From: Eledone cirrhosa
Lineage: Eukaryota
Assembly (NCBI GenBank): GCA_964016885.1
Contig: OZ024742.1
Location: 123,690,001 to 123,754,000 of the forward strand
Direction of reading: 5' to 3'
Length of the DNA: 64,000 nt
This document shows positions 40,790-52,086 of this stretch, in pieces. Both the position numbers and the translations under genes were made by a program. Position 1 is the stretch's first letter; each line of letters opens with the position of its first letter. A model generated the notes under the pieces. That model saw only the letters and a list, made by a program, of their open reading frames with translations, was not told the DNA's origin and did no database searches.

Positions 40790-40891
<102 letters not shown>

Positions 40892-42944
40892 TTACATATA
40901 TATAGATACATATACGTATGCACACTGTAGATATGTGTGTGCATGTGCATAAGTTAGCCAATGTGTGTTTATTACATTTAATGAGAATATGCAATCTCAT
41001 GATTGTTACTTTCATTTTAGAACACGCCCATAGTTGTACAACCAACCAGGCGAATGTAAGTAGGATTCTTCCGGAGTGCTAGCTGTAGGAGTAACGTGAT
41101 ACAAGAATTCGTTTTCAATCTGTATATTTTTTTTTAAAGCCAGTAATGTAATGTTGAGGCACCTATATTACATTATATCTCCCTTTGTGTTAAAATACTG
41201 TGATTGTAGACAGTCTACAGAATAATTAGAATTCGATAATTTACACGTAACTTGGAAGTGAGGTATACCTGAAGAATGTATATTACTGGTAAGAGCAAAG
41301 CAATAATGGTTCAGAAAAAATGACGAAATACCAATTTATTTAATAAATCTTGCATATTATTCATCAATTTCCAACCGGGAAATGAGGTATTATCTTGTGT
41401 ACACAATAATTAATTCACTCCACCATAGCGAAGTATTATTTTATAATAGACGGGGAGGTACTGAAATAAATTTGCCAATATTAACTTTGCAAATCCTCGT
41501 GAATATATATCAAAGTGGCATCTTTGCTTAAAGACTATTTTGTTAAAGATAAGTTAAGGGAAATAAGGAACGAGTTATATATTCTGATGTGAAGTAAGCT
41601 GTACAGTAAGAAAGTTTTGAAATAAAGGATATATGGCGCATATAAAAAAAATAAAGAGAATTTTAAGATAAAAGGAAATTACTCAAATTAGAAATATAAA
41701 CCTGACGGAAATTAACCAATTATTACTTCGAAATCCTTTTCCATTCAGTTATCTAAAAATATGTACCGTTATTATGTAGGAGAAAAAAAAGTAACGATGG
41801 GACGTGACAAACTGAATGTTAGAAAAACAACGCTAGTTTTATGAGCTTACGAAACAAATTTTGATTATGAGCATGGAAATCAAGAACAAACAAGCAAATA
41901 TTGGAAAACAATTGCAATAGAGATATTTCTCGAGACGTTTGGGAACTCAATTGTTAGTGGAAAGAAGCCAGATATGTTTTCGTCAAATTATGTTTTAAAG
42001 TCAGATAGTGCCTTGTGAAAATCTCTCTCTCTCTCTCTATTTACATGCATCCATATATATGTGTCTGTGTGAGAGTGCGTAATGAACAAGGAAAAATTTG
42101 TTAGAGATTGCTTTACTATATATATGTACGTGCTTGTATTTGTATACCTATGGTGAGTGTTTTCGCGTATGCTTGAGTATGTACGTATATGGATGCGTGT
42201 ATGTATTTATTTAATTTCAATTACCTCTGTATTTTATTTACTTTATTCTTAACTCTGAAGCCGAGAATCATTCGGTTTCCTAGTTAGAATTTTAGTCTAC
42301 GACTTCAGTTATACCATTTACGTGGTTTTGTCTTTGCGTGCAATTGTTCTCCACGATCCACATAATGACGTATTATCTTCGTTTTGTTCGTTCTTTGACA
42401 GAGAACGTCTGGCAATAGAATATTAGTCTACGACTTCATTTATACCAAAGGTTCTCAACGGCGGGCATATGCGCCCCCAGGGGGCGTTTCGGAAATCCAA
42501 GGGGGCGTTTTGGAGCAAGGTGGCATTAGGGGGGGGGGGGGGTTGGAACTTTGGAGTGCACTGGAAGGCTCTTTACTTTGGTAAGTTTTATAAGCCATAT
42601 TTGTATGTCTTTGAGACAGCTAGTGTGAATGCATTTGAATGAGCATGCAGACAGCATAACTATGGTCTGACCGCAGCTGTGAGCAGGTGTGCAGGCGTGG
42701 TTAGACATTAACCGGCAGTTGAGATCCTAACAATGGAAAAACTCACAGTCAACTGGGTCAAGGACACTTCAATCGCAGCCAGTTAGAATCTTGTCTTTCC
42801 TTCACCGATAACAATGTATTTCATGTCTGAAATTATTGACTCAACCGTAACGAGTTAACACTATGTAGATCTATTTTATTTCCTATTGTATAAATAATAT
42901 TACAAATAAAAAAAAGAAAAGAAAAACACAGAAGCGGGTAGCAC

Positions 42945-43092
42945 ACACATCTAGGACCACATACAACACATACTCAGGTAATACATACATCTAGGACCAC
43001 ATGCAATACATAAGCAGGTAATACATACATCTAGGACTACCTACAACACACAGGCAGGTAATACATACATCTAGGACCAAATACAACACACA
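42945..43092 (+). repeat. 40-bp minisatellite (about 3.7 units) inside the hAT element
   Basis: ACATCTAGGACCACATACAACACA...CAGGTAATACAT repeated. Confidence 0.9.
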
Positions 43093-43427
43093 TTGTATCA
43101 TCTGCTACGGACGACGATAGAGCAATGGTCGGCCAGAGAGAAAATATATCTGTATTTGCTGTTCATTGTGTCATTCATTGACAACACTTGGCTGCGAAGA
43201 AACTCAGCGAGCCACTGAGCAAGTCCTTGCAGGTGGCCCTTGATGTCATCAATTTTATCAAACGTCATTCCCTCAATGAACGAATTTTCCGGCAACTGTG
43301 CAAAGATAATGACGAAGAATTCGTCAAGTTGCTCCTTCATAATGAAGTGAGGTGGCTTTCAAAGGGCAAGTGCCTTACTCACTTCTTTGAACTCTTTGAC
43401 TCTATCATTGAGTTTCTGCGAGGACGC

Positions 43428-43711
43428 TGTGTTTGGAAAAAGCTATCTCACTTACCGCTTTTCATAGGCGCCGCTATCTCCACTGTTGGTTACTCATCGT
43501 CCGCCTCCGTCCAACTACCTACCACCGGGAGCTGCACAAACTGGCGTTCACACCGTTGCTAGGTACTGCACAAACTCGCGTTCACACCGTTGCTAGGAAC
43601 TGCACAAACTGGCGTCACACCGTTGCTAGGCACCACTAGAGAGCGCCCTCTGTGGCCCTTCCGGTTAAGAAACCCCCGCCTCCGGCCACCGCACGCCACA
43701 CCATACCCACA
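43428..43711 (-). repeat. 3' LTR (284 bp) with three internal 34-bp tandem repeats
   Basis: TGTG...CCCACA; CTGCACAAACTGGCGTTCACACCGTTGCTAGG-like unit x3 at 43532-43632. Confidence 0.93.
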
Positions 43712-43726
43712 CGCCCACCTGATCTC
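43712..43726 (-). other. Polypurine-tract-like site
   Basis: Minus strand GAGATCAGGTGGGCG abuts the 3' LTR; purine-rich but imperfect. Confidence 0.45.
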
Positions 43727-46575
43727 AAGGATCAATTTCCCCCTCGTCCCTCTGCATGTGAAAGTCTGCTGTCCAGGTTGGTGGTTTACGACTTCTTTGC
43801 GATCTCCGCAGTATTGGGGCAGCACCTTGGGTTTCCTCTTCCTCGGAGTCCGTTGACACAGTGATTCTTCGTACATCCAGGACAGGACGTGGTACTCCGT
43901 CCACGGACACATTGTTCTGTGAATTTACGGCCGTCACCGTTCCCCTTCCCCACTGAGATGTGAAACGTGCATCTGGGGGCTTAACCAGACTTCTTCGCCC
44001 ACCTGCACGAATGCACTCTCTCTCCCACTGGCATTTGTTGTGGCGTGCACGGGTGCCGCCACTCGTATTTGAATACTGCTCTGTGTCGCACCGATTCCTC
44101 GACCTTTCCTACCCGAGGGGACATGTTGTACCAGAACACTGCCTCTATTGGTGAGATATGGCCCCGCTCCGCCATTGCCTTGATCGTCCGGTGGTGTCGC
44201 TCCACAATTCCATTCCCGCTCGGCCTGTGCGCCGCTCTGAAGAAACGGTCCACCTTCCATCCATCGAGCATCTCCCTCAGTGCCTCCGAGCGGAACGCTG
44301 CGCTGTTGTCCATCAGCAGTTCGTCAACAGGGCCCCGCTCCAAGAACACCTCTCTCAACGTCCGCATGATTTCCTCGGCCGTTCCAGTCTTCATCTCCCT
44401 CCATATCGCCAGCCGTCCTGGTCCACAGTCGACCATCGAGAGGTACGTTCCCTGTCGGTAGTGCGTTACATCCACCGCTAATCGCTCAAGTCGCGATCCA
44501 CCGGGAGGCTTCCCGTTTCGTGTACACCCGGGGCGGGATCAATGGACTGACATCGGACGCAGCCTCTAACCACTCTTTGAACACTGTGTCTGTTAACGTC
44601 CGAGTCGATTCTCCTGGCTAGGAACAGGCTCCTATCCATTCCCATGTGGTGCATGTCATGCAACCCTTTCAGATCCGACTCGGTCAGCCCACACATGGCA
44701 ACTATCTCATCTTCTACCTCCTCCGGTGCTTCCATCCAGGATTTGTTCACCCTAGTTACGATGTCCGCCCTATTTTTCTCTGAGGGCACGAAAACTACGC
44801 TCACCCTCAGGTCGAACTCGGTGGCCAGCTCTCCTAAAGTTCCCAGGCGGCGCTTTATCAGCATCTCCGCCGCCCCTCTCGTTCGCACTCTCTTCTCACT
44901 GGTGAGCACTGATCTTACCCATCCGAGTACAGTAGCCAAGTCGGTGCGTATCTCGATGGTGCGCAGCCCCCATCTCAGGGCGAGGTTCACCCCTCTCAAG
45001 ACTGCGTCCAGTTCGGCCACATTGATGTGGTTGCAGTCGTCCTTCTTCCTAAGCCAGGCTGCATCCTCGACCTCAACACCTCCTATCTCCAACGTGACAC
45101 CCAGCACTATGTTGCTGGCATCGCACCATACAGTCCCACTCTGTGAATTGGGAACACACCAGCGTCCCCGCACTGGGTCGTCGGCCTTCACCCACCCCAC
45201 GATCTCCTGCATCATCGCCACCGTCCTATCTCCCACTCTGTCACTCCAAGTCACTCCTCCCGCTCGTCTCTTGACATAGTTGCATGCCGTCCGGAGCCAC
45301 CCAGCGATCGGGTAGTGACCCACCAGCTTTCCACACACCGAGAAAAGCTCCCGCCTACTCATACTTGGGCCCAGTTCTGGAACTTCGTTTCCCCTCTGGA
45401 ATACCAAAACGCCCGTCCTGTCTCGCTGTAGCCTAAGTCCCAGCGCGGCTCCTCCCTCCAATGCTTCTGACGGCTTCGCAGCCAGACCATACCCCTGTAA
45501 ATGGCTCGTGACCTCCGCCGCCGACACCACAGACTCGTCCACTAGGATGTCGTCAATATAGGAGTTAGTAGCCCTCTTCATCTTGTCGGCCTTCCGCAGA
45601 ACGGTCTTGAGGACCGCCGCCATGAGCTTCGGTGCGGAGCTCAGCCCGAAACCGAGGCTGGTCAGGCAATATGTCCGGCCCTTATACCTGACCAGCTGAT
45701 ACTGCCCGAGCTTCTCGTCTATATGTAATTGCAAGTATGCCGACTTTAGATCTACGATTGCTGAACCCCCCATCATGCGTCTCCACTCACGCAGGGTTTC
45801 CCCACAGACATCCGTGACCTCGGCACCCGTGTGGCATGACACGTGCTCGTTCAGCTCCTGAAAGTTCAGCACCGGCCGCACCTTGTTCTTCGTGGGTTGC
45901 ACCACTGCCATTAACGGCAATACTTCGCATTTCACCCCCTACTTTCAGGGAAGCAGTATTCCCTCTTCAATCCATCTCCCTACCTCTCGCTGGAACTCGC
46001 TCCTAATGTTTCCCTTCAATGTGTGTTGATAGCAGCCCACTTTGGTCTTCAGTCTTGGTGGTTCTCCCTTCCAGTACCACTCAACAACCCATCGCTGCCA
46101 ATTAAACACGGCCTTGAAGTCTTTTTCTTGCACAGTGTAAGCGGGGTATTTCTCCTCGTGGGCCTTCTGGTTCTCCTGTCGTGCACTCAAAGCGCATACC
46201 GATGCAGCAGCGCCAAACGACACACCGACGTTGTTCACTGTGACGCCTCCTAGACGGCCAATTGCGTCCATGCCCATAACCATGCCGATCCCATCCACCA
46301 CGCTGTCTACTACGATGGCAGAAAGCCTTATTTTCCTTCCCCGTATCGCTATTTCCATCTCGCTGCGACCTCGGCATTCAATTTTCCTGCTGTCGACTGC
46401 CCTTACGCTGCTATTCCCTCTCCACGTCTGCGCCACCCCCGCGGTCACCAGTGTCGTCGTACAGCCCGTGTCCACGAGGGCTCGCTGTGGCTTTCCCCTC
46501 ACGAAGACTTCCACCACGGGCAGAGCCGCTAGTCGTAAGGGGCAACTACCGGCGCAGTAGTTCCCCTTGGATCGT
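43725..46575 (-). pseudogene. pol: pol: aspartic protease, RT, RNase H, DDE integrase (in-frame stops and frameshifts)
   Basis: LVDTG; DLKSAYLQ, GFGLSSAP, YIDD; WCDAS, HINVAELDA, NRAD; H..HH...C..C; DVTHY, MDNSAAF, SGNGIVER; C-terminal RRSQR. Confidence 0.9.
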
Positions 46576-47290
46576 TTCCCTGGTCGCAGTTAGTAGCGAT
46601 GTGGCCTGGTCGCTTACACCGGTAGCATGTTATTTCAGGCCTTGACTCTCTGCAGTCTCTAGCCATGTGCGGGCCCTGGCACCGAAAACAGCGACCTCTA
46701 AACGTTCGCGGGCGACCCCGTGCCGTGGTTGCCTCCCTTTCACCATTTCGCTGCCAGCTGTCTTGAGCCTCTGTAGTTGCTATCGCCGCAACACTCTTTT
46801 TGGCATCTTCCGCTATGATCCGGGCTTGTTCCACCAGCGAACGCATTTCCATTTCTTTATAACCCGGGACTTGCTGCAGTTTCACCGCTATGTCGTCTGG
46901 AAATCCATTGATGAACGCCAACCGCACCGTGCGTTCGCATTCCACCTGATATCCAGCCAACATGGCCAACCGCCGTATTTCCGCTGCGAAAATGTCGACG
47001 CGCTCACCATTACATCTGATTCTCGCCAGCTTAGCAAAAGCGGCCAACGGTCCCTCGGCGAATGCATCTATCAGGCGCCTCTCAATCTTTTGTGCATCTC
47101 TTTGGCTGTGTTCGTCCAACTCAAGGAAGAGTACCAACGCGTCCCCCTCAAGATACAGTGCCATGAGGCCAGCGACATCCTCTATCTTCTGCAAGCTTGC
47201 GACCAGCCGAACTTTCCGCAGCCAAGCGACAACATTACCTTCTCCGGTAAATGCCCTGATAGCTTCGCTTGTTCGTAGTCTTGTCGCCAT
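46529..47290 (-). CDS. gag: gag protein with two zinc knuckles (intact 253-aa ORF)
   Basis: CFRCQGPHMARDC and CYRCKRPGHIATNC; lies just downstream of the 5' LTR and leader. Confidence 0.88.
   Translation of the reverse strand: MATRLRTSEAIRAFTGEGNVVAWLRKVRLVASLQKIEDVAGLMALYLEGDALVLFLELDEHSQRDAQKIERRLIDAFAEGPLAAFAKLARIRCNGERVDIFAAEIRRLAMLAGYQVECERTVRLAFINGFPDDIAVKLQQVPGYKEMEMRSLVEQARIIAEDAKKSVAAIATTEAQDSWQRNGEREATTARGRPRTFRGRCFRCQGPHMARDCRESRPEITCYRCKRPGHIATNCDQGNDPRGTTAPVVAPYD
46537..46580 (-). promoter_or_regulatory. -1 programmed ribosomal frameshift signal (gag/pol)
   Basis: Heptamer G GGA AAC in the gag frame, a 5-nt spacer, then stem AAGGGGAACTAC/GTAGTT(G)CCCCTT. The -1 frame is open into the protease. 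Confidence 0.8.
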
Positions 47291-47394
47291 CTTCTGATTT
47301 GTCTTGCGGTACGTGATGAAAAAAAAAACAACAGACTCCTCTCTGTTTTCCCAGTAGCTTTTTTTTCTTTTTTCAATCAGATCTGTTTCCAGTG

Positions 47395-47406
47395 GCCGAA
47401 ATAGCT
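47395..47406 (-). other. Atypical primer-binding site complementary to tRNA-Phe nt 1-12
   Basis: The sense (minus) strand reads AGCTATTTCGGC immediately after the 5' LTR. The plus strand GCCGAAATAGCT equals the 5' end of animal tRNA-Phe(GAA). Confidence 0.75.
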
Positions 47407-47807
47407 TGTGGTTGGAAAAAGCTATCTCACTTACCGCTTTTCATAGGCGTCGCTATCTCCACTCTTGGTAGTTTAAAGACCAGTTTTAACATGTCCATTC
47501 TCCTAGACTAGTAGTTTCTACATTGGTACAAACAGTACCATATGGCTTCGCTTTTCATAGGCGCCGCTATCTCCACTGCTGGTTACTCCTCGTCCGCCTG
47601 CGTCCAACTGCCTAACACCGGGAGCTGCACAAACTGTCGTTCCCACTGTTGCTAGGTACTGCACAAACTCGCGTTCACACCGTTGCTAGGCACTGCACAA
47701 ACTGGCGTTCACACCGTTGCTAGGCACCACTAGAGAGTACCCTCTGCTGGCCCTTCCGGTCGAGCACTGCCCCGCCTCCGGCCACCGCACGCCACCCCGT
47801 ACCCACA
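47407..47807 (-). repeat. 5' LTR (401 bp) with a 79-bp insert and a 35-bp duplication
   Basis: Aligns to 43428-43711 apart from the extra segment; duplicated segments start at 47435 and 47549. Confidence 0.9.
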
Positions 47808-49192
47808 GACGCAACACAGAACTGTACAAGAAAACCCTCTATGTGAGGCAAAACTGCGCCTACCTCACCGACATCGTCAACAAATGTAATAGCGTCATTT
47901 TGACTTTGCAGGGGAAGAAGATCAGTTTGCTTAAAGCAAGGAATGCTGTGAAAATATTCCTGGCCAAATTGAATGTTATCGAAAGGAATCGTTGTTGACG
48001 GGAATTCTATAATGTTCCTAGTGTCGCCAATGTTCAAAACATTGTAAGCGATGACCAACTCCAAATTTATACCGCTGGACATCCGAATGTGGGTAGCAGA
48101 TCCCTTCACAGCTAACGTCGATGATTTGGACGTTATATTTCAGGAAGAATTCATTGAATTTCAAGCAGATGAGATGATCAAAATTAGATTTCCCAAAATA
48201 GGTGAACCCCTTTTTTGGATGCAAGAGGAAATTCAGCGTCGATTTCCACACCTACATGCAGAGGCTAAGAGATGTGCTCTGCCTTTTCCAAGCCCATACT
48301 TAGTCAAGAGGAGGTTTGGTGCTATTTCCAGTAAGGCTCGCAACCGCTACAATGTAATTACATGTGGAGATCTCCGGCTAAATCTTACGAAAAATCCAGC
48401 CTGACTTCAAAGAGTTAGCTAGACTCCATAAAGTTCAAGGGTCCCATTGAAATGAGGTCAAAGTTAAAGTAAGTTGATTTATCCGAAAACTTAAATATGC
48501 TATTGTTACAAAGCAAACTAAAAATTTCTTTTATTTGTAGTTGCAATCTGACTGGACTGGAAACCATCTACTCATTTGTTGTATATACCATCTTACTCAT
48601 TTGTTGTATATATTTTACCATTTACTAATATATATACCCTCCCGTTTGATCATGAAAACCCTCTTCCGTGGTCTCTAAGCTCACAAAGCAGAGGGGACAT
48701 CAAGTTATATATCAACATTTATTCTGTCTGTTTCATTAAAGGGAAAATTGGAAAGCTTTGAAATGATATAATTGCAACTTTCTTCCAGATAAGAGCACTC
48801 TTGGTATAGACAGAGTTGCTCTTGTATAAATGTTCAAAATAGTTGGTATCGCCTGGTGGGAATATGGCAAATTCAACTGGTCCTTATTCATAAAAAAGAA
48901 CATTTATGTTCCTTTTTTTGAAATTTATATATTTCCTTTCAAGGAATGTATTTATACTCTCAGCTGCCTGCAATGGTATCTTTGGAATATTGTTAATCAA
49001 TGTTTTAGTAATCTACAGATATCAAAATCAGTAGTATAATGAAAAATGGAAAAATAGTGTAGGGGGTCGTTTCGTGATTTCGAGGGACGCGTTTAGCCTA
49101 AATGGGTTGAGAACCTGTGATTTATACCATAAACGTGGTTTAGTCTTTGCGTGTAATTGTTTTCACCGCTCCAAATAATGACGTATTATCTT

Positions 49193-49292
49193 TTCAAATA
49201 ACGCTGAGGTCAACTTTGCCTTTCATCCTTACGGGGTCGATAAAATAAAGTACCAGTAATGTACTGATAATTGCTGGCCAAAAGTAGAAACA
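49193..49292 (+). mobile_element. SINE family A, 5'-truncated
   Basis: TSD ATTATCTT at 49185-49192 and 49293-49300. Confidence 0.85.
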
Positions 49293-52086
49293 ATTATCTT
49301 CGTTTTTTTCCGTTCTTTGCCAGGGAACGTTTCCAATAACCAAAGTATCGTCTTCCTGTCTTCCTCCGGTTGCAACGTTTTTTGAAATATTTACTTCGGC
49401 GTTCACAGATTCACTTTTTTAGTTTCAGAAGATTCCGTTAAACGTGATAGCAGCGATTCTTTGCTTAAACTTTAATCTGTTATTTTAATAAATATATATA
49501 TAATTAGATACGTCGAATAGCATTTATTTTAGTACCTATATATATTTTGTTTTATTTACTTGACTTAATTTTCATATCTTCTTTGTCTTATGAGGTCACA
49601 CCGATCACAAAGTATACTCTTCTGTCTACAGTAGCCGACCTATTAATATTACTATTCTAACATTATGGCTCCGTGCCTTCTGAGTCCAAAACCCGCCGAT
49701 TCACCTTCGTGCTTCATCCCTCCGGGAGTCAATGAAATATAGTACAAGTAAAATATTGGAATCGATTTAATCGAATTCTTCCCACTCACCAATTACTGGT
49801 ATTATGTCTAAGTTAATTGAATTGAAAATCACTAAAATTATTATAACAATATGTTGTATAAACACTTATATTTTTGACTGTTACATTTAACTGTCTGAAA
49901 AATAATTTCTTTTCAGTAACAATAAAGTTAAATGTGAATAGTAGGATATTACCATTGAAAATTAGATGTTGAAATTAATAGTCGAATAACTTTGCTTTTG
50001 CCAGAATTGAGTGACCCATTATTAATGGCAACAGCATCTATTCCTCCTGAATTCAGTGCAGCATATCGTAATGTATCACATATTAAATGTTACTTTAAAT
50101 TCAAATACAAGATCAAATTTTAGGTATCTGTGTTTCACATTCGTCAATTTTATTCTATGACACATATGCAGTGTATTAGTTAAATTACTTATATTAAAAA
50201 ATAAAAAAAATAATATCAGTATAGATTGCTACTATTTTAATTTTTGCACCGGTGATTAGGCCTATCAACTCGTCCATCATCATTCGGGGTTAAGTATCAT
50301 GGTACTGTCCACTTACAGATTGGCATTTCATATTATAATTACTGCAGTGTCACAGTGGTACAATCAATCTTCCAATAACATCTCACCGTCTCAAGAAGCT
50401 CAATTAGGGTCACTTCTTCAGTCAGAATGGGAAACGCCTCCTTTGCATCGCTCAATTCTCCAGCCCCACTCAACTGATTTTAGATTTCAGTGATGGCACA
50501 TGCTTGACTGTACGTAAAAATGATTTTATTTGCAGCTTATGTTAAGCAACAGGGATACTTTCCTGACGTGTCAAAAATTAGAACTAAAACGTTTTTTCTT
50601 ATGTATGACAATGTGTGCCCTCTCCCTAGTACCGTAGGTCACGTGAAGTAATGTAATGCAGCGTGGTGAATATACAAGCCGGGACATCAGGATTTATGTC
50701 AATTACGAGCGTGAGTAGTGTACTCTATTCTTCAGGATGTTCATGATTGAGAATCAGTTTAAAAATCCGCGTCAAAAAACGGAGGATGAGCATTCCAGTG
50801 ATAATCTCTCCATTACTAGTTGCGTGCACTCACTATTACCGACTTTGAGTGGCAGCCATAGTATGTTTGAAATGAAATGTTTGATGTTCACTATTCATTC
50901 AACAGCAGTGATATTTGAATATTTGTAGTCTGTTTGATTGCCCGTCGAAATTACTGCAATATGAACCATCGCAGGCAATGCATTATAAATGACAATATGT
51001 TAATGTGAGCTACATTACCACCAACATACTGTACGAATAGATTCGCTGTTCGAATCGGAATTTAAGTTCCTTGAATGATTGCAGCACGATTCTTGAATGT
51101 GACATTTACAGCAAATCCAAAGTTATTCTGTGTGTTAATCAAGAATACAGTTGCAAAACGCTGATGATGTTATTCTCCTAAACTCACTGGAAGTTGTTCT
51201 ATAATTACTCAGGTTCTGATTGACGGCAGACTTTCCTTTCAATAGAGACTTTCTAAATCATCACATCCTTGCATGTAAAGAGCTTCTCAAGAATATATTT
51301 CAAATGATCAAGAGAAGAAAGGATGCTGCACATGTATAATAGAATATAAATCATTCTTGAATAGCTTGCAGTACTTTCGATTATCTAATCTTTTCAAGAT
51401 CAGTTATCCTGCTTCAGAGAGAGATGGAAATCACATAGAATTTTATTTTGCCATAAACTTCTGTACTGCTCTATTTTAAGTTTGTATATTTACCCAGTAT
51501 TTCAGGAAGAACTACAAAGTTCACAATACCAAGCTATCTCTACACACAACATTAGAGATTTGACTACCTTTTTGGATAAAAGCATGAAGAATAGTAGGTG
51601 AATCAGAAATATCTAATTTCAGATATGTTAAGCTAGAAGAGCCCATACAGTCACTATCTGCTTGATCAAATTTCTGCTTCCAACATTTTAGAATATTTGT
51701 ATAAATAGATATCTTTCCGATTTACTTATGGAATGGATATCTCTCGGTATTGACGGAGAATGTTCCAGTTATTTCAAAAGGAATTGCTCTTAAAATTGAA
51801 GAATTGCACAAACACGTGTACTGTTAAGATTATTCTCAGTACGTTACCGCGTGACCAGGCTAGTCTACATAAATATTCCATCAAATGGATTTCTAATCAA
51901 TTTCCATATGCACAATTTTACTCCCACACTTGAAGTGACCTGATGATATGGTTAACCACATTTGCCCAAGATAATAGACACTGGGGTCAATGATTGGGAA
52001 GATAAGTTGTTCCTCATTCACCCTGCTGGATCCACCGAATTACAAGTACAAATAAAAAACGAATACATATATATAAATTATATATA

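Larger units (their letters stand above)
43428..47807 (-). mobile_element. Complete LTR retrotransposon (gag-PR-RT-RH-IN order, Gypsy-like architecture)
   Basis: TG...CA LTRs at 43428-43711 and 47407-47807; 5-bp TSD GACGC at 43423-43427 and 47808-47812; gag and pol on the minus strand. Confidence 0.95.
43150..48449 (+). pseudogene. hAT transposase (ZBED5/Buster-like), split into 43150-43427 and 47813-48449
   Basis: VHCVIH*QHLAAKKLS..INFIK..LN.RIFRQLC....F.KLLLHNEVRWLSKGKCL, continuing AYLTDI..LTLQG and the dimerisation motif LPFPSPYLV...RNR...GDLRLNLT. Confidence 0.88.
42446..49119 (+). mobile_element. hAT (Buster/Charlie-type) DNA transposon, interrupted by an LTR element
   Basis: TIRs CAAAGGTTCTCAAC (42446) and GTTGAGAACCTGTG (ends 49119) match at 13/14. 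Perfect 8-bp TSD ATTTATAC (42438-42445 and 49120-49127) with central TA. Confidence 0.92.

Noticed and set aside
42945-43092. 40-bp repeat array as CRISPR
   Set aside because: The whole unit repeats with only point differences, so it is a minisatellite.
43532-43632. CRISPR-like 34-bp repeats (also about 47625-47725)
   Set aside because: Contiguous tandem units with no unique spacers, located inside LTRs of a eukaryotic retroelement; no cas genes.
44644-45279. Antisense ORFs over pol and over Tx1 ORF2
   Set aside because: Expected shadows of GC-rich coding sequence; no motifs.
47395-47406. tRNA-Phe gene
   Set aside because: Only nt 1-12 match and the LTR begins immediately afterwards; interpreted as a primer-binding site.
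51100-51870. Possible decayed LINE RT (ADDVIL-like)
   Set aside because: Too degenerate to assign from the sequence alone.
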